A stretch of 64,000 bases of DNA from Eledone cirrhosa (Eukaryota): NCBI GenBank assembly GCA_964016885.1, contig OZ024741.1, forward strand, positions 145,948,001 through 146,012,000, in the 5' to 3' direction. This document shows positions 26,892-38,960 of this stretch, in pieces. Each line of letters begins with the position of its first letter. Within the stretch, counting starts at the first letter, position 1. The notes under the pieces are model-generated. The model searched no databases. It had not been told where the DNA came from and saw only the letters and a program-made list of their open reading frames with translations. Position numbers and translations under genes: made by a program.

Positions 26892-27076
26892 AATAATTGT
26901 TTCTACTTTTGGCACAAGGCCAGCAATTACCCAGTACATTACTGGTACTTTATTTTATCGACCCCGTATGGATGAAAGGCAAAGTTAACTTCGGCGGGAT
27001 TTGAACTCAGATCATAAAGGGACGTAACTATGCTGGAAAGCATGTCCGAGCCTCTACCGATACTGCCAATTCACCG
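26892..27076 (-). mobile_element. Full-length MetaSINE-like SINE (copy 2 of tandem pair)
   Basis: Head-to-tail and highly similar to 26701-26887. Confidence 0.85.
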
Positions 27077-27190
27077 AAATAATAATACTGAATAAACTGC
27101 ATAGAAAAATACAAGATGACATATATATATATATATGTGTGTGTGTGTGTATGTGTGTATGTGTGTATTCAACATATATGCACAACACAC

Positions 27191-27257
<67 letters not shown>

Positions 27258-27377
27258 CGTATATATAGTAATAATAATAAATTTGAAGACTAAAATCCAA
27301 AGAGGCCTCGATAAGGTTAATTATATAGTAAATATATAAGAACCCTTGAGCAAATATTTATTAAAATAACAGATTAA

Positions 27378-27428
27378 AGTTTAAGCAAAGAATCGCTGCT
27401 TTCACCCTTAGCGGGATCTTCTGAAACT
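27378..27428 (-). ncRNA. Type I hammerhead ribozyme-like fold with variant core (CAGAAGA)
   Basis: Minus strand: AGTTT-CAGAAGA-T-CCC-GCTAA-GGG-T-GAAA-GCA-GCGATTCTT-TGC-T-T-AAACT. Stems I, II and III all pair, but the core has A in place of U4. Confidence 0.55.
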
Positions 27429-27511
27429 AAAAGAATCAATCTGTCAACGCAGAAGTAAATATTTCGAAAAACGATGCAACTGAAGGAAAACAGGAAGACG
27501 ATACTTTGGTT

Positions 27512-27800
27512 CGTGAAGACGTTCCCTGGCAATGAACGGGAAAAAGCTTATATAATACGTCGTTATGTGGAGCGATGAGAACAATTACACACAAAGACAA
27601 AACCACGTTTAGGGTATAAATGAAGTCGTAGATTAATATTCTATTTAGATTGTTCGCGAAGACGTTCCCTGGCAATGAACGGAAAAAAACGTAAATAATA
27701 CGTCATTATGTGGAGCGGTGAGAACAATTGCACGCAAAGACAAAACCACGTTTATGGTATAAATGAAGTCGTACTTTATGGTATAAATGAAGTCTATTTA
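27512..27800. repeat. ~143-bp tandem duplication within the PLE 3' region
   Basis: GAAGACGTTCCCTGGCAATGAACGG...GGTATAAATGAAGTCGTA starts at ~27515 and again at ~27658, followed by a short third TTTATGGTATAAATGAAGTC. Confidence 0.9.
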
Positions 27801-28476
27801 GGAAACCGAATGATTCTAGGCTTCAGAGTTAAGAATAATGTAAATAAATTAGTAGAACGAAAATGAAATCAACAATAATTAATTAAATACATACAAGCAT
27901 CCATATACGTACATACACATGCATACGCAAAAACACCCGCCATGGTATGCATATACAATCACGTACACATAAGCACATGCACACATTCAAAATCCGCGCG
28001 ACACCTGTACCCGCACACATACGAACGTATACACCAAATACACATAAAATAATATATATATATGTGTATGTGTGCGTGTATACATATAATTATATAAACG
28101 TATATAAATATACACACATAAATACGTATATAACGCGCGCACACACATACCTACAGGTAAATACACATAAGATCACTAAACGTACGTCAACCAAAACACA
28201 AAGTACACATTTACACACCTTACATACGTGCAAACCCGCATACACACACAAACACAAAATACATATATACACATAACCATATACACATGTACCAGTATAT
28301 ATAATATAATATATACCCCTATAACAAATACAAGCAAATATACGTCCGAGAAAGTATAGGTACCTTCGCAAAACATACGGGTAATGTATACTTACCTATA
28401 CAAATAAGTAATGGTATAAACATAAAATATACTTAGCTACCACATCAAGACGTAAATTATCCGCGTATTGTTAGTA

Positions 28477-29671
28477 CTATCCGTTAGGGTATAATGTGGG
28501 GCTGTAATACAGGAAAGTTTTATGCAATTTATGTTTACAAGCCGAAATTGCCTCAGATTTTTTTTATTAAGATGTGGTCATTGGCGTAGAGTATTTCCAG
28601 GGCTTCAGCGGCGCAAAGATCGCATGGTCTTTTATTTCCGTTATACGATCTAGCTTTAGCTAGGATCTCTCAGTGTAACCTATATTGGGTGTGGTTGTGT
28701 TTTAGACTCCAGATATAAGCTGAAAGTGACGTCATATTCCTTCTTAAAGGGTTAAGAAAAGAATGGGTGTGCATGTAAAGACGCTGCTTGAATCTATTGG
28801 CGGTTAACCCTATGTAGGCCCTACGGGACGTGGGTGTTTCGACCTTAATTTGTAGACAATGTTACTGGAGAGGCATTTCCCGGATAGGGGGCAGTCAACC
28901 CGATTCCTACAATTACAGTTAGTACCAGCTACAGGGTTGCACGTGTTCCTACGGCTAGGTAATTTAGTTAAATTTGAAGCAGTGATGTTATGTGCAAGGT
29001 TAGGAGTCGTAGAGTAAGACATTTTAATGGCATTTCTATTAAAAGTTTTATTATATTTATGTGCTGAGGGGAAATGCTTCTTAATAAGGGAAAGAAAGAT
29101 CTTAGCTAATGGTGTGGCCACCTCCATATTATATGGTGGGTTATACCATATAATGCGTTGGGATCTATTTTTCCTTGGTCTATGCTCATACCTAGTATAT
29201 GCTACCGTATCGACAAATCCACTCCGAGCAAGAGCTTCATTGTAATATATGTAATGGTCGGTGAAAATATACTCGTTTGTAGATAGACGGGAAAGCCTCA
29301 AAGAAACGTTTCTTACCAGGTTCTTGGTTATGCTGGCAGGATGGTTAGAATGCTTACTTATGTAATTAAGCGAATCATTCGGCTTTCTATACGGGTAGTG
29401 CAAGCCATTCGACAAATTGAAGGTAACGTCTAGGTAATTAACGATCGAGAGGTTGACCTCAACCTGTATGGAGAGGTTGAAGCCTTTAAAGAGGGCTGTG
29501 AGTTCTTTCCTGAAACTGTCGCAAGCGCCTGGACCGCACTTTGTCATGGCAAAAACCGTCATCGCGGTACAAACCACCGCCCACGTTGGGCAATTCTTCC
29601 TTGATAGAGGAAAGAAGGAAAAGGCCGATAAGATCAGTAACCTCCTCGGAATCACTGGTGCCCATACTCAC
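28477..29671 (-). pseudogene. Penelope-like RT + zinc knuckle + GIY-YIG endonuclease (Naiad-type), disrupted
   Basis: VSMGTSDSEEVTDLIGLFLL...GLYRDDG / VNYLDVTFNL..G...PYRKPN...YISKHSNHP...IIWYNPPY...MSYSTTPNL...CNCRNRVDCPLSGKCLSSNIVYK / AYIGLTANRFKQRLYMH..SF...TSLSAYIWSLK...CDLCAAE...SE.ISACKH. About three frameshifts and one TGA. Confidence 0.9.
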
Positions 29672-29908
29672 GACGTATTATCTTAGCTTTTTCCGTTCAT
29701 TGCAAGGGAACGTCTTCATGAACCAAAGTATCGTCTTCCTGTTTTCCTTCGGTTGCAACGTTTTTCGAAATATTTACTTCTGCGTTCACAGATTGATTTT
29801 TTTAGTTTCAGAATGTCCCGTTAAGGGTAAAAGCAGCGATTCTTTGCTTAAACTTTAATCTGTTATTTTAATAAATATATATATTAGAATTGGTGCTCTG
29901 AAATAGCG

Positions 29909-30175
29909 ATATATATATATGAATGTATATATAGTGTATTTTTCAATACACTGTATGCTTAATTAAAAGCATTTTGATGACCTTACTATTGTTTTAAAGT
30001 AGCGACTATGTCACCCACTTCTTTTTGCAACAGTTTATCTCCCTTTGTTTGTTTAAAAAAGAAGTGGGTGACATAGTCGCTACTTTAAAACAATAGCGTA
30101 AGGTCTTCAAAATGCTTTTAATTAAGCATACAGTGTATTGCAAAATACACTATATATACATTCATATATATATAT
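29909..30175. repeat. Long near-perfect palindrome (~118-bp arms, ~29-nt spacer) flanked by (TA)n
   Basis: 29909-30026 is the reverse complement of 30056-30175, with only a few mismatches and a 2-bp indel. Confidence 0.95.
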
Positions 30176-30349
30176 ATATATATAACTGAAACACATTATA
30201 AAGTGGTTGGCTTGAGGAAAGGCATCCAGTCATAGAAGCTCTGACATAATTGGAACATATATGAGTTAAATGTAATTACTCTGACTCATCAAGGAGGAAA
30301 GTAACTCTGATTAAGCAATGATGTACTCAATAACGGCACATTTTGGAAT

Positions 30350-31222
30350 GTGAATTCAGAATCAAAACGGCTGAGAGTAATCTTAAGTAAAACTAAAGTG
30401 CTAGTGTGTAGTAAAGCAGATAGACTGCTGATTCCTTCTGGGAAGTGGCTTTGCTTGATATGTAGAAAGAGGGTAGGCATAAACTTTATATGATGTAAGC
30501 AATATAAGTCTTGAGTATACAAGATATATAGTGGGATAACAGGTAAACAAACAGGAAGAGAAGACTTTCTATGTAGAAGATGCACAGAAGTAATCAACAG
30601 GAAGAGTGTCTTTGATATGGAGTTGGATTGGTTGATAGTTTCTGCTACCTTGGTGACTTAATTAGCAGTAGAGAGTGGTGTTCCATGAGTATAACAGCTA
30701 GATCAGAGAGCACTTCCTACTGTTGACCACAAAATGTTTTCCTTAACTACAAATGTATGGCTGTATGACACCTGTGTGCTAAGTGTGATGCTGCATGTGA
30801 TAGTGAAACATGAGAAGCAACTGTAGACAACATGTGTAGGAACCATGCTTCATTGATGTGAAATTTAAATGTGAGAGAAAGGCAGAGCTTGGATGAAATA
30901 TGGGAGAAACTGGGTTTAATAGGAATCTGAAGTGGTGTGTAAGAAAAAAGATAGCATTGTTACAGACATGTGATGTGCATGGATGATGATCACTGAGTAA
31001 AGAAGTACCAGGAAATGCCAGTGGAAGGAAGCTACAGTAGTAGGAAGACCTGAGCAGAGGTGGTGAGAGTTGATCTCATATTGCTTAGGCTCACAGAGGA
31101 GATGACAGCAAGTGAAGAGATGCTATACTGAAAAGGACCTATCCAACACATGTAAGCATGGAAAAAGGGATGTAAAAAGTACGATGATGAGGTGGATGAG
31201 GATGATGATGATTATTATGATG
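30350..31222 (+). mobile_element. Degenerate RTE-clade LINE 3' portion with Cys-rich insert and (GAT)n tail
   Basis: Translation with lesions: ESKRLRV..SKTKVLV...PSGKWLC.ICRKRVG...VDSFCYLGDLIS...HVMCMDDD..VKKYQEMPVEG. The 3' end matches the reverse complement of 37556-37885. Confidence 0.8.
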
Positions 31223-32504
31223 AGGATACATATTTTATCAAACTCTATGCCCTGCAATAAAGCTTAATGCATTTTGATCGGGAGAGTTGAAATTGAATTC
31301 CACACAATATATTAAATTTCCTCAAGATCAGGAGTCATACCTTGACTGATAAATGAAGAGATACGTTGGTGAAGTAAAAAAAGTAACAATAAAACTATAA
31401 CATTTAAATATATATGCATATATATATATGATGGTCTTCATACAGTTTCTGTCTGCCACATTCACTCATACTGTATTTATTTATATTGGCCAATCAAAAC
31501 ATATCTATTTTAATCACATGTTCTAGGACAGTTCATGGTAGGAATGATCATATATCAGACTAAATAACTAAAGGTATTTAATATAACTTTTGCATTTTAG
31601 GTTCCATTTCCTATTGGTGTGGTCAAATTTAATTTTCACCCTTTCAGAGTAGATAAAATAAGAGACCAACTAGTTTCCGGATGGAATTCATTAGCTATAC
31701 CTTCATGAAAAATGATGATGTTATGTCAAACTTAAGTTATTAGAGACTAAATAAGACACATAGATCAACCTTGTTAACTACACCCTTAACAATTGCCAAA
31801 TTTAAGTCATTATATTAGGGACAAATAAAGCACTTAGACCAGCCTTGTTTACTCTGGTGTTATGGCAAACTTAAAAGTCATACTAGCGACCAAGTAATCA
31901 CTTTGGCCAGCTTCATTAACAATATCTCTCTGCAATAAATTAGAGAGTTGTGCCAAACTTAAAAAGAACAAAAAAAAAACATTATGTTTTATATTTTTAT
32001 ACATTTTTATGTCATTTTTTATGAATGTGGATTCATACACTTAATTATAATAATTAACAAATATATTAAAAATGATATTCATTTCGGTTGTAGTTCTCTT
32101 CTTCTTGCTATTTAATATAAAAAAATGTAACAATAACAAGTAAAGAAACAAATGAAACAAAACAGAAAAAGAGATAAAAAAGTAAACAAATAGTTTTCTA
32201 AGAAATATTTCATATTCTTGAATATAATAGAGTATTGATTAATCACAAATTACTTCCTGAGATGTTATAAAAACGTTACTAATTTAACTAATTACAGCAT
32301 TCTTTGATAAACATCACATATAATATAGTTTTCTATTCTTTCTATTACAGAAAACAATTCAATTTCATTGTTAATAGCAGCATTTCATTCTGCATAACTT
32401 AAGTTAGAAATTGACCACTATAGAGGAACCCAATAGAGAACCCAGTGCTATTTTCTTCCTGTAGATACTAAAATTTACTAGTAATCAAAACATAGACACA
32501 TATA

Positions 32505-32890
32505 ATCCTTTACTAGTTTTAGTTTTGAGAGTACGACCATACAAGGGCACTGTCTTAACCCTTTAGCATTTACATTGCACTATATATACTATTATATTTA
32601 CTATTGTATTTTCACAGTAAAGGCTTTACCTCACATAATTATCTCACATAATATGGAATCTATGAGATTTTGATACTATTTATTTTGAGAACAATACCTT
32701 AATATCAGTATGAGTGGCCAGTTACAGCTGGTTTGAACGGAAAGAGGGGAGAAAATTCTGGCCGGTTTGAAAGCTAAAGGGTTAAATTAGTTGATTATAT
32801 TGACACAAGTACTTAGTTTATCAATCACTTTTTCATTGAACCGCTAAGATGCAGGAAGCAAACACAATTGTAAACATAGACATGGTAACA
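32505..32890 (-). mobile_element. Old SINE interrupted by a piggyBac MITE
   Basis: CTTTACTAGTTTTAG...GACCAT...GGGCACTGTC [MITE] TAGTTGATTATATTGAC...TGAACCGCTAAG resembles a recurring cephalopod SINE layout (recalled, not verified). Confidence 0.45.
32559..32781 (+). mobile_element. piggyBac-type MITE (family P1)
   Basis: TTAA|CCCTTTAGC...GCTAAAGGG|TTAA: perfect 9-bp TIR with TTAA target duplication. Confidence 0.85.
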
Positions 32891-32916
32891 CCACACACAT
32901 ACACATACACACATAT

Positions 32917-33488
32917 ATATAAGGAAAATTACAATAAAAAAGGGGTGGGGATCAAAAAATTCACCTGGTGTATATATAAAAAAGGATCTTTATAACGTAA
33001 AAAAATTTGATGTTTAACAAAGTTTGCTTTCTTGATTTTTAGATTTTTCAAAACATTTTTCTTTAGGTTTAATTCAGGCCTTTTGTTCAGACCTAAAAAG
33101 AAATGTTTTGAAAATCTGAAAATGGAGAAAGCAAGCTTTGCTAAACATCAATTTTATGTTATAAAGTTCCTTTTTATATATATATATAGTTGATTTGTTA
33201 ATAAAAATGGCGTAACCATACAATTCAACAGGAGGAAACAATAGCACCACTGGCGATGTTGCAGATGTGCAACGAAAGATTTATGATAAACTAGATATAT
33301 GTGTTTGTGTCTATATTGTATCTGTATTATTTTTGACCGTCGGTCAGTCAATGGCAACATTGAGGACCGAGTATATTAGATTACCGATATAAAAGACACA
33401 GAAGCGAAAAGCGAAAACCAACCAAACAGTGAGTGTGTTCTGTTATTAATTCTGGCAATATTACACAAATATGACCCTCCCCAAGTAT

Positions 33489-33529
<41 letters not shown>

Positions 33530-33575
33530 AGGTGCACTTTCCGAACCTCTTTTTTATTATCCTTTTCCTTATATA
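32917..33575. repeat. Nested inverted repeats bounded by TA tracts
   Basis: Inner imperfect palindrome 32971-33070 / 33089-33187. Outer arms 32917-32972 / 33521-33575 (AAGGAAAA..AATAAAAAAG..CACCTGGT). Confidence 0.8.
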
Positions 33576-33658
33576 ATGTAATCTGTATAGAATGTTTTCT
33601 AACGTTCACACTTTTTTTTACTATATATATATATGTGTGTGTATGTATATATATATAT

Positions 33659-33742
33659 AATTTAATATAGAAATGGCTTCTACAAGACTAGAACTGTTTC
33701 ATTTGAAGGAAAGTTCTGTAGAAGCCATTTCTATATTAAATT
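33659..33742. repeat. Perfect 26-bp inverted repeat next to a TA tract
   Basis: AATTTAATATAGAAATGGCTTCTACA / TGTAGAAGCCATTTCTATATTAAATT. Confidence 0.95.
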
Positions 33743-34039
33743 TGTTGTATACATTCTTTTGACTACCTTACTTATTGTGGTTACCTCCGATTGAACCTGG
33801 GACTTACACACACATATATGTTATATTAATTTGAGTATGTGTTGGTTAATTAGTGATACTTCAGTATGCAGGTTAGAGCACTCAATGAAGTGTGCAGGTG
33901 AGTCTGATTACTCCAGAGTAATTTAAAAACAAGAAGTGTAAGTCAACAGGTTAAAATTAACTTCATTTATTCATATTCCCTTTTATGTATATTTCGGTGA
34001 TAACCATTATTCAACAGCTATGACCTGGGCTTCTGCATT

Positions 34040-34190
34040 TGGCATCAACCAAATTCCACTCACAAGGCATTGATCAACCTGAGGCTATCATAGAAGGCGA
34101 CACTTGACCAAAGTGCTGCGCAGCAGGACAGAACTCAGAACTATGTAGTTGCAAAGCTAACTCCTTAACTATACAGTTGTGTCTCCACCT
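34040..34190 (-). mobile_element. SINE (family B)
   Basis: ACCAAATTCCACTCACAAGGCATTG...GGCTATCATAGAAG..ACACTTG.CCAA.GTGC...GAAC. Confidence 0.7.
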
Positions 34191-34808
34191 ATATATGAAT
34201 ATATACATATATGTGTGTGTGGAGGGGGGGGGGGTATGTATGCATATATGTGTGTGTGAATGTGTGTGCAAATTGTGTGTGTCTGCAGAATTCAACAAAT
34301 ATAGATAGCTTAAGCTTGTGGCAGGCTTCAGTATCAAGAGAGAGTAAGAGAGAATGAAAGGGAGAGAGAGAGAGAGTGAGGGAGATGACAATATATCATT
34401 TGCTCAACAGTATAACACCACAAATATAAAGATTAGAATTGTATTATATATTAATTGCTTTCCCAAACTTATTCAATAAACTTTGAATAGAGTTTAGAGA
34501 GAAACACATGCATATGAGGAGGAGGAAAAGGTGGTAGTAGCTTGAAGCTATACAAGCACACAAAACGAGACAGAAAACCTATCTATGTCTAAAACATTAC
34601 AATATCTAGGAAAAGACTTATTATAACATGATAGAAGTTTCACAAAGCAGCAACAACAACAACAGTAATAAAATATCTCCTAAGCATAAAACTCAATGAT
34701 AAACTGTTAACTACAATAAATGCTGAGAACCTGGCCATTTCACACCAGATTAAATGGAACAGCATAGTGCAAAATTAAAAAGCACCCAAAACAAAAAAGA
34801 CCCTCATG

Positions 34809-34966
34809 CAGTGCTGGATTTACCATTGTGCTTAGATGTGCTTTCTCTCTTGGCCAGCGGGTGCCCATCTTGCTTCCACAAAATATGTTTACCTCCTTCA
34901 GGGCCCAAGTAAGGGGCCTCATAACTTAACTGGCACAGGGCCTCATTTGTCCTAAGTCTGGCACCA
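34809..34966. mobile_element. hAT-type MITE with perfect 8-bp target-site duplication
   Basis: CCCTCATG at 34801-34808 and 34967-34974. Degenerate TIRs CAGTGCTGGATTTA / TAAGTCTGGCACCA. Confidence 0.75.
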
Positions 34967-35659
34967 CCCTCATGAAATTGTAAAGAATCCGTGTGTAAGA
35001 ATATATATAGCTTGTATATACCCATATAAAAGTGATCTCATGTAAAAGATAAACTCTCATCTTTTGATGATTTAAAAAACGTTTTTCTGTCTCATGTAAA
35101 AGTTGATCCAAGTTCTTCACAGATCAACATTTGTGACTTAAGCTACTATACTGAATATAAATGTTACAATGAGGAAATGAATTTCTGCCATTTCATTCTG
35201 CTATACACCAGCAGAAATATTTATAAGAACTGTGCAGCATTACTTATGTGTTTTATTTATAAGAAGAGTATCCTGATAAGTAGAAACATTGGTGTTATCA
35301 CTGAAGTTCATTGTTTTTTATTTTTATTCATTTAGAGTCTGCATACTGATATTGTATTTTGAATTGTTGATTTGATTACAGCCCCTCAAAAGTAGTATCC
35401 AACTAATAGTGGACCTTATAAATTTAACTTGGTCCAGATAATTCAATATTTACAGGAGTATCTACAGTAATCAGAATATGGGAATTGAAAATAAAATGAA
35501 ATACCATAATAATAGGAGGCTTGGGTATGTTATGAAGAAATTCATGCAGGCAAATGCATTATAAATATACACAATGCACAGAAAATAGTATATGTGGTAA
35601 ATTATCCACTCAAAAATGTTAAAATGGGGTAAAGGGGACTCTTCAGTCTGATCATGTAT

Positions 35660-35920
35660 ATGGCAACCTTTTTAGTGCTGGTGCTATGATAAAATGCACC
35701 CAATACATTCTGTATATTGATAATGTTGGTGCCACAAAAAAATGCACTTAGTACACTCTGAAAAGTGGTTTGTGACAGGAAAAGCATCAAGTTGTAAAAA
35801 GCATGTTAAAATATGGAATGTATGAGCAAGGTATGGTATCTGTAGACTTAGACTATGACAACTTTTTCAACTTCTGCCAGCATGAGCAGCAGATGTAAAA
35901 TGATGATGATAAGGATGACC
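35660..35920 (+). mobile_element. Degenerate SINE with RTE-like (GAT)n tail (relative of 1005-1290)
   Basis: GTGCTGGTGCTATGATAAAATGCAC...ACACTCTGAAAAGTGGTT...TGCCAGCATG...AAAATGATGATGAT. Confidence 0.6.
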
Positions 35921-36129
35921 ACCATCATCATCTTTATTATTCTCTAATATATCATCAACTTTATTATCTCATTTATTATCATTACCAGAGTAGTGTTCTT
36001 GTTTTGTTTTGCCAAGTTGTTTTCCTCAGATTTCCTACATGACATCTTTACATTTGTCATCGTCTTGTTACATTTCGACTGAGAGGTCATAACTCTTTCA
36101 GCTAAACCATATTATCAATATGGTTGCAC

Positions 36130-36858
36130 ATTCACTAAAGCATACACTAACACATGCTAACATATATAGCTAATTATCACACTGTCACTCAGACATACGC
36201 TCTCATTCTCACACACATTTACTCAAGCACATATGCAAGTAACTGTACACTAACGAAAGCTCACACTCTCACATACAAACACATACATACATGTCTGTAC
36301 ACTCACTAGTTTGCACATACATATACTTTTATATATATACACACACACATATATGTACATAGGCAGCATGTTAAGTAATGCATACACACATGAACACACA
36401 AACACACATGTATATAGCTGCACACTCAACAATGCTCACACACACACTCACAAACCTCTATGGTTGCACATACACTGACATACCAGCTCACACACACACA
36501 CAAAAACACATGCACATGCACACACATATATGGACATATGTTTTGCTATACATTTCTCAAATTCTCAAACACACCCACAAAAATACAGATATGTATAGCT
36601 CCCCTACACATATATATTACATACGCACACATATACACCCCTACATACACAAGCACACACAGGCACACACATGTGGAATCATACACAAACACATACACAT
36701 ATATATCCCACCCATATACATATATACTACCACAAACTTAAGCATACACAGACATATATACTCCACACATGCAGGCAGATACACACCTGTATGGGAGTGG
36801 GGCATAAATTCCCAGCAACCAAACAATACTATCTAACCATTGGTATTTATAATAATAG

Positions 36859-36932
<74 letters not shown>

Positions 36933-36995
36933 TATATATATGTATTTACATATATAATATGTATTTACATATATAATATATATATATATATGTAT

Positions 36996-37053
<58 letters not shown>

Positions 37054-37125
37054 ATGTATATATATATATATATATATGTATGCATCTATATATATGTATC
37101 TATATATATATAGATAGATAGATAT
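36130..37125. repeat. Degenerate CA-rich tract and compound (TA)n/(TG)n/(TAGA)n microsatellites
   Basis: Direct reading. Confidence 0.9.
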
Positions 37126-37555
37126 ATGCTTACATGATACTATAACTGACAGACTGGCTCATAATGTTGAAATATGGCTGTTATATACTAGAACATAATT
37201 ACTTATATAACTAACAACACATACATTTATTACTGCATATCAGAGCTGTCAGCAAGTTTCTCAACACCTCCCCCACTACTGCCAGCATAACTAAGACACT
37301 TGACCCATCCCCTTTAACCTTTATTCATACATTGACTGACACAATTTTGAATGTTGAAATGGTACAATTTTTCTAAAATTTAGTCTTTAGAATGTTCCAG
37401 ATATCTTTCTCTTTCAGTCATTATAAACAGTACACATTCATCTGCCACTATTGAAGTGCACTTTAAGTAAACATAACATGTATATATTACTATATTCACA
37501 CATTTATTCTAATGCACACACACACATGATTTCATATATATAATGATTATATATA

Positions 37556-37885
37556 TCATCATCATCATCATCATCATCATCATTTTACGTCCGCTTTTCC
37601 CTGCTTGCACGGGTGGGACGGGTCTTATTCAGCACAGCATCTCTCCACTCATCACGGTCCTTCATCATCTCCACCGTGAGCTTCAATGATCTGAGCTCTG
37701 TTCTCACCACCTCCGCCAATGTTTTTCGTGGTCTACCTCTACCACGTCTTCCTTCAACTGGCATTTCCTGGCACTTCTTCACCCATCGGTCATCCTCCAT
37801 GCGCATCACATGTCCATACCACCTCAGTCTCCTCTCCAATACACTACATTCTATCCCTCTCAGACACAGTTTCTCTCTCAACACA
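37556..37885 (-). mobile_element. Relatively intact RTE-clade LINE 3' end with (GAT)n tail
   Basis: Open frame LREKL..RGI...ERRLRWYGHVMRMEDDRWVKKC..MPVEGRRGRGRPRKT...DRDEWR, followed directly by (GAT)n. Confidence 0.9.
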
Positions 37886-37969
37886 TTTATGCCAACACAT
37901 ATATATGTATGTACATAATGTATATAACATATATATATATATATATATTATGTATATTTTGTATATAAC

Positions 37970-38003
<34 letters not shown>

Positions 38004-38016
38004 ACACACACATGGG

Positions 38017-38446
<430 letters not shown>

Positions 38447-38960
38447 TAAAACACACATACACACAAACTACATATGTCAAAGATAAATACATATAAATAT
38501 TATGGATATACACATATATTCTCTCACTCTCTCTCTCCCTCTCCCTCTCTCTCTCTCTCTTGCTCTCTCTCACTCACTCTCGCTCTCTCTCTTTCTGCTA
38601 AGCACAAGTACATATATATATGCATATGGATACACAGACACACATACATTAACAGATTTATCAATAGAAAATGCGTACTAAATCGACTGGTATTACTTTC
38701 CGCTGAAGTTAAAATCATATTTCTCTGCCATGACTACCTACTGAAGCAAATTTCCTTCACTCTTACAAGATTTAGCTGCTTCACCGATTACATAGAGAAA
38801 AGACAGTTCTATACACAGTTTCTTCCTTACCGTCTAAAATTTAAACACTTCTAACCTGGTAATTATGCTGAAACGCTGCTTCACTCATAAAAGACAGTTT
38901 TATGAGAATCCTCCTCTATTATTATACACTTCTGTTGTATACAGTCCTTCCCATCATTTA

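Larger units (their letters stand above)
27354..29878 (-). mobile_element. 5'-truncated Penelope-like element (Naiad-type) with inverted terminal copy of its 3' end
   Basis: RT/GIY-YIG pseudogene at 28477-29671. 27354-27563 is the reverse complement of 29670-29878, with about 13 differences in 210 bp by eye. Confidence 0.8.

Noticed and set aside
28670-28672. In-frame TGA as selenocysteine (reported for some Naiad elements)
   Set aside because: It falls in LH*EIL, where a Trp is expected (TGG to TGA), not at a Cys position, and the ORF has several frameshifts.
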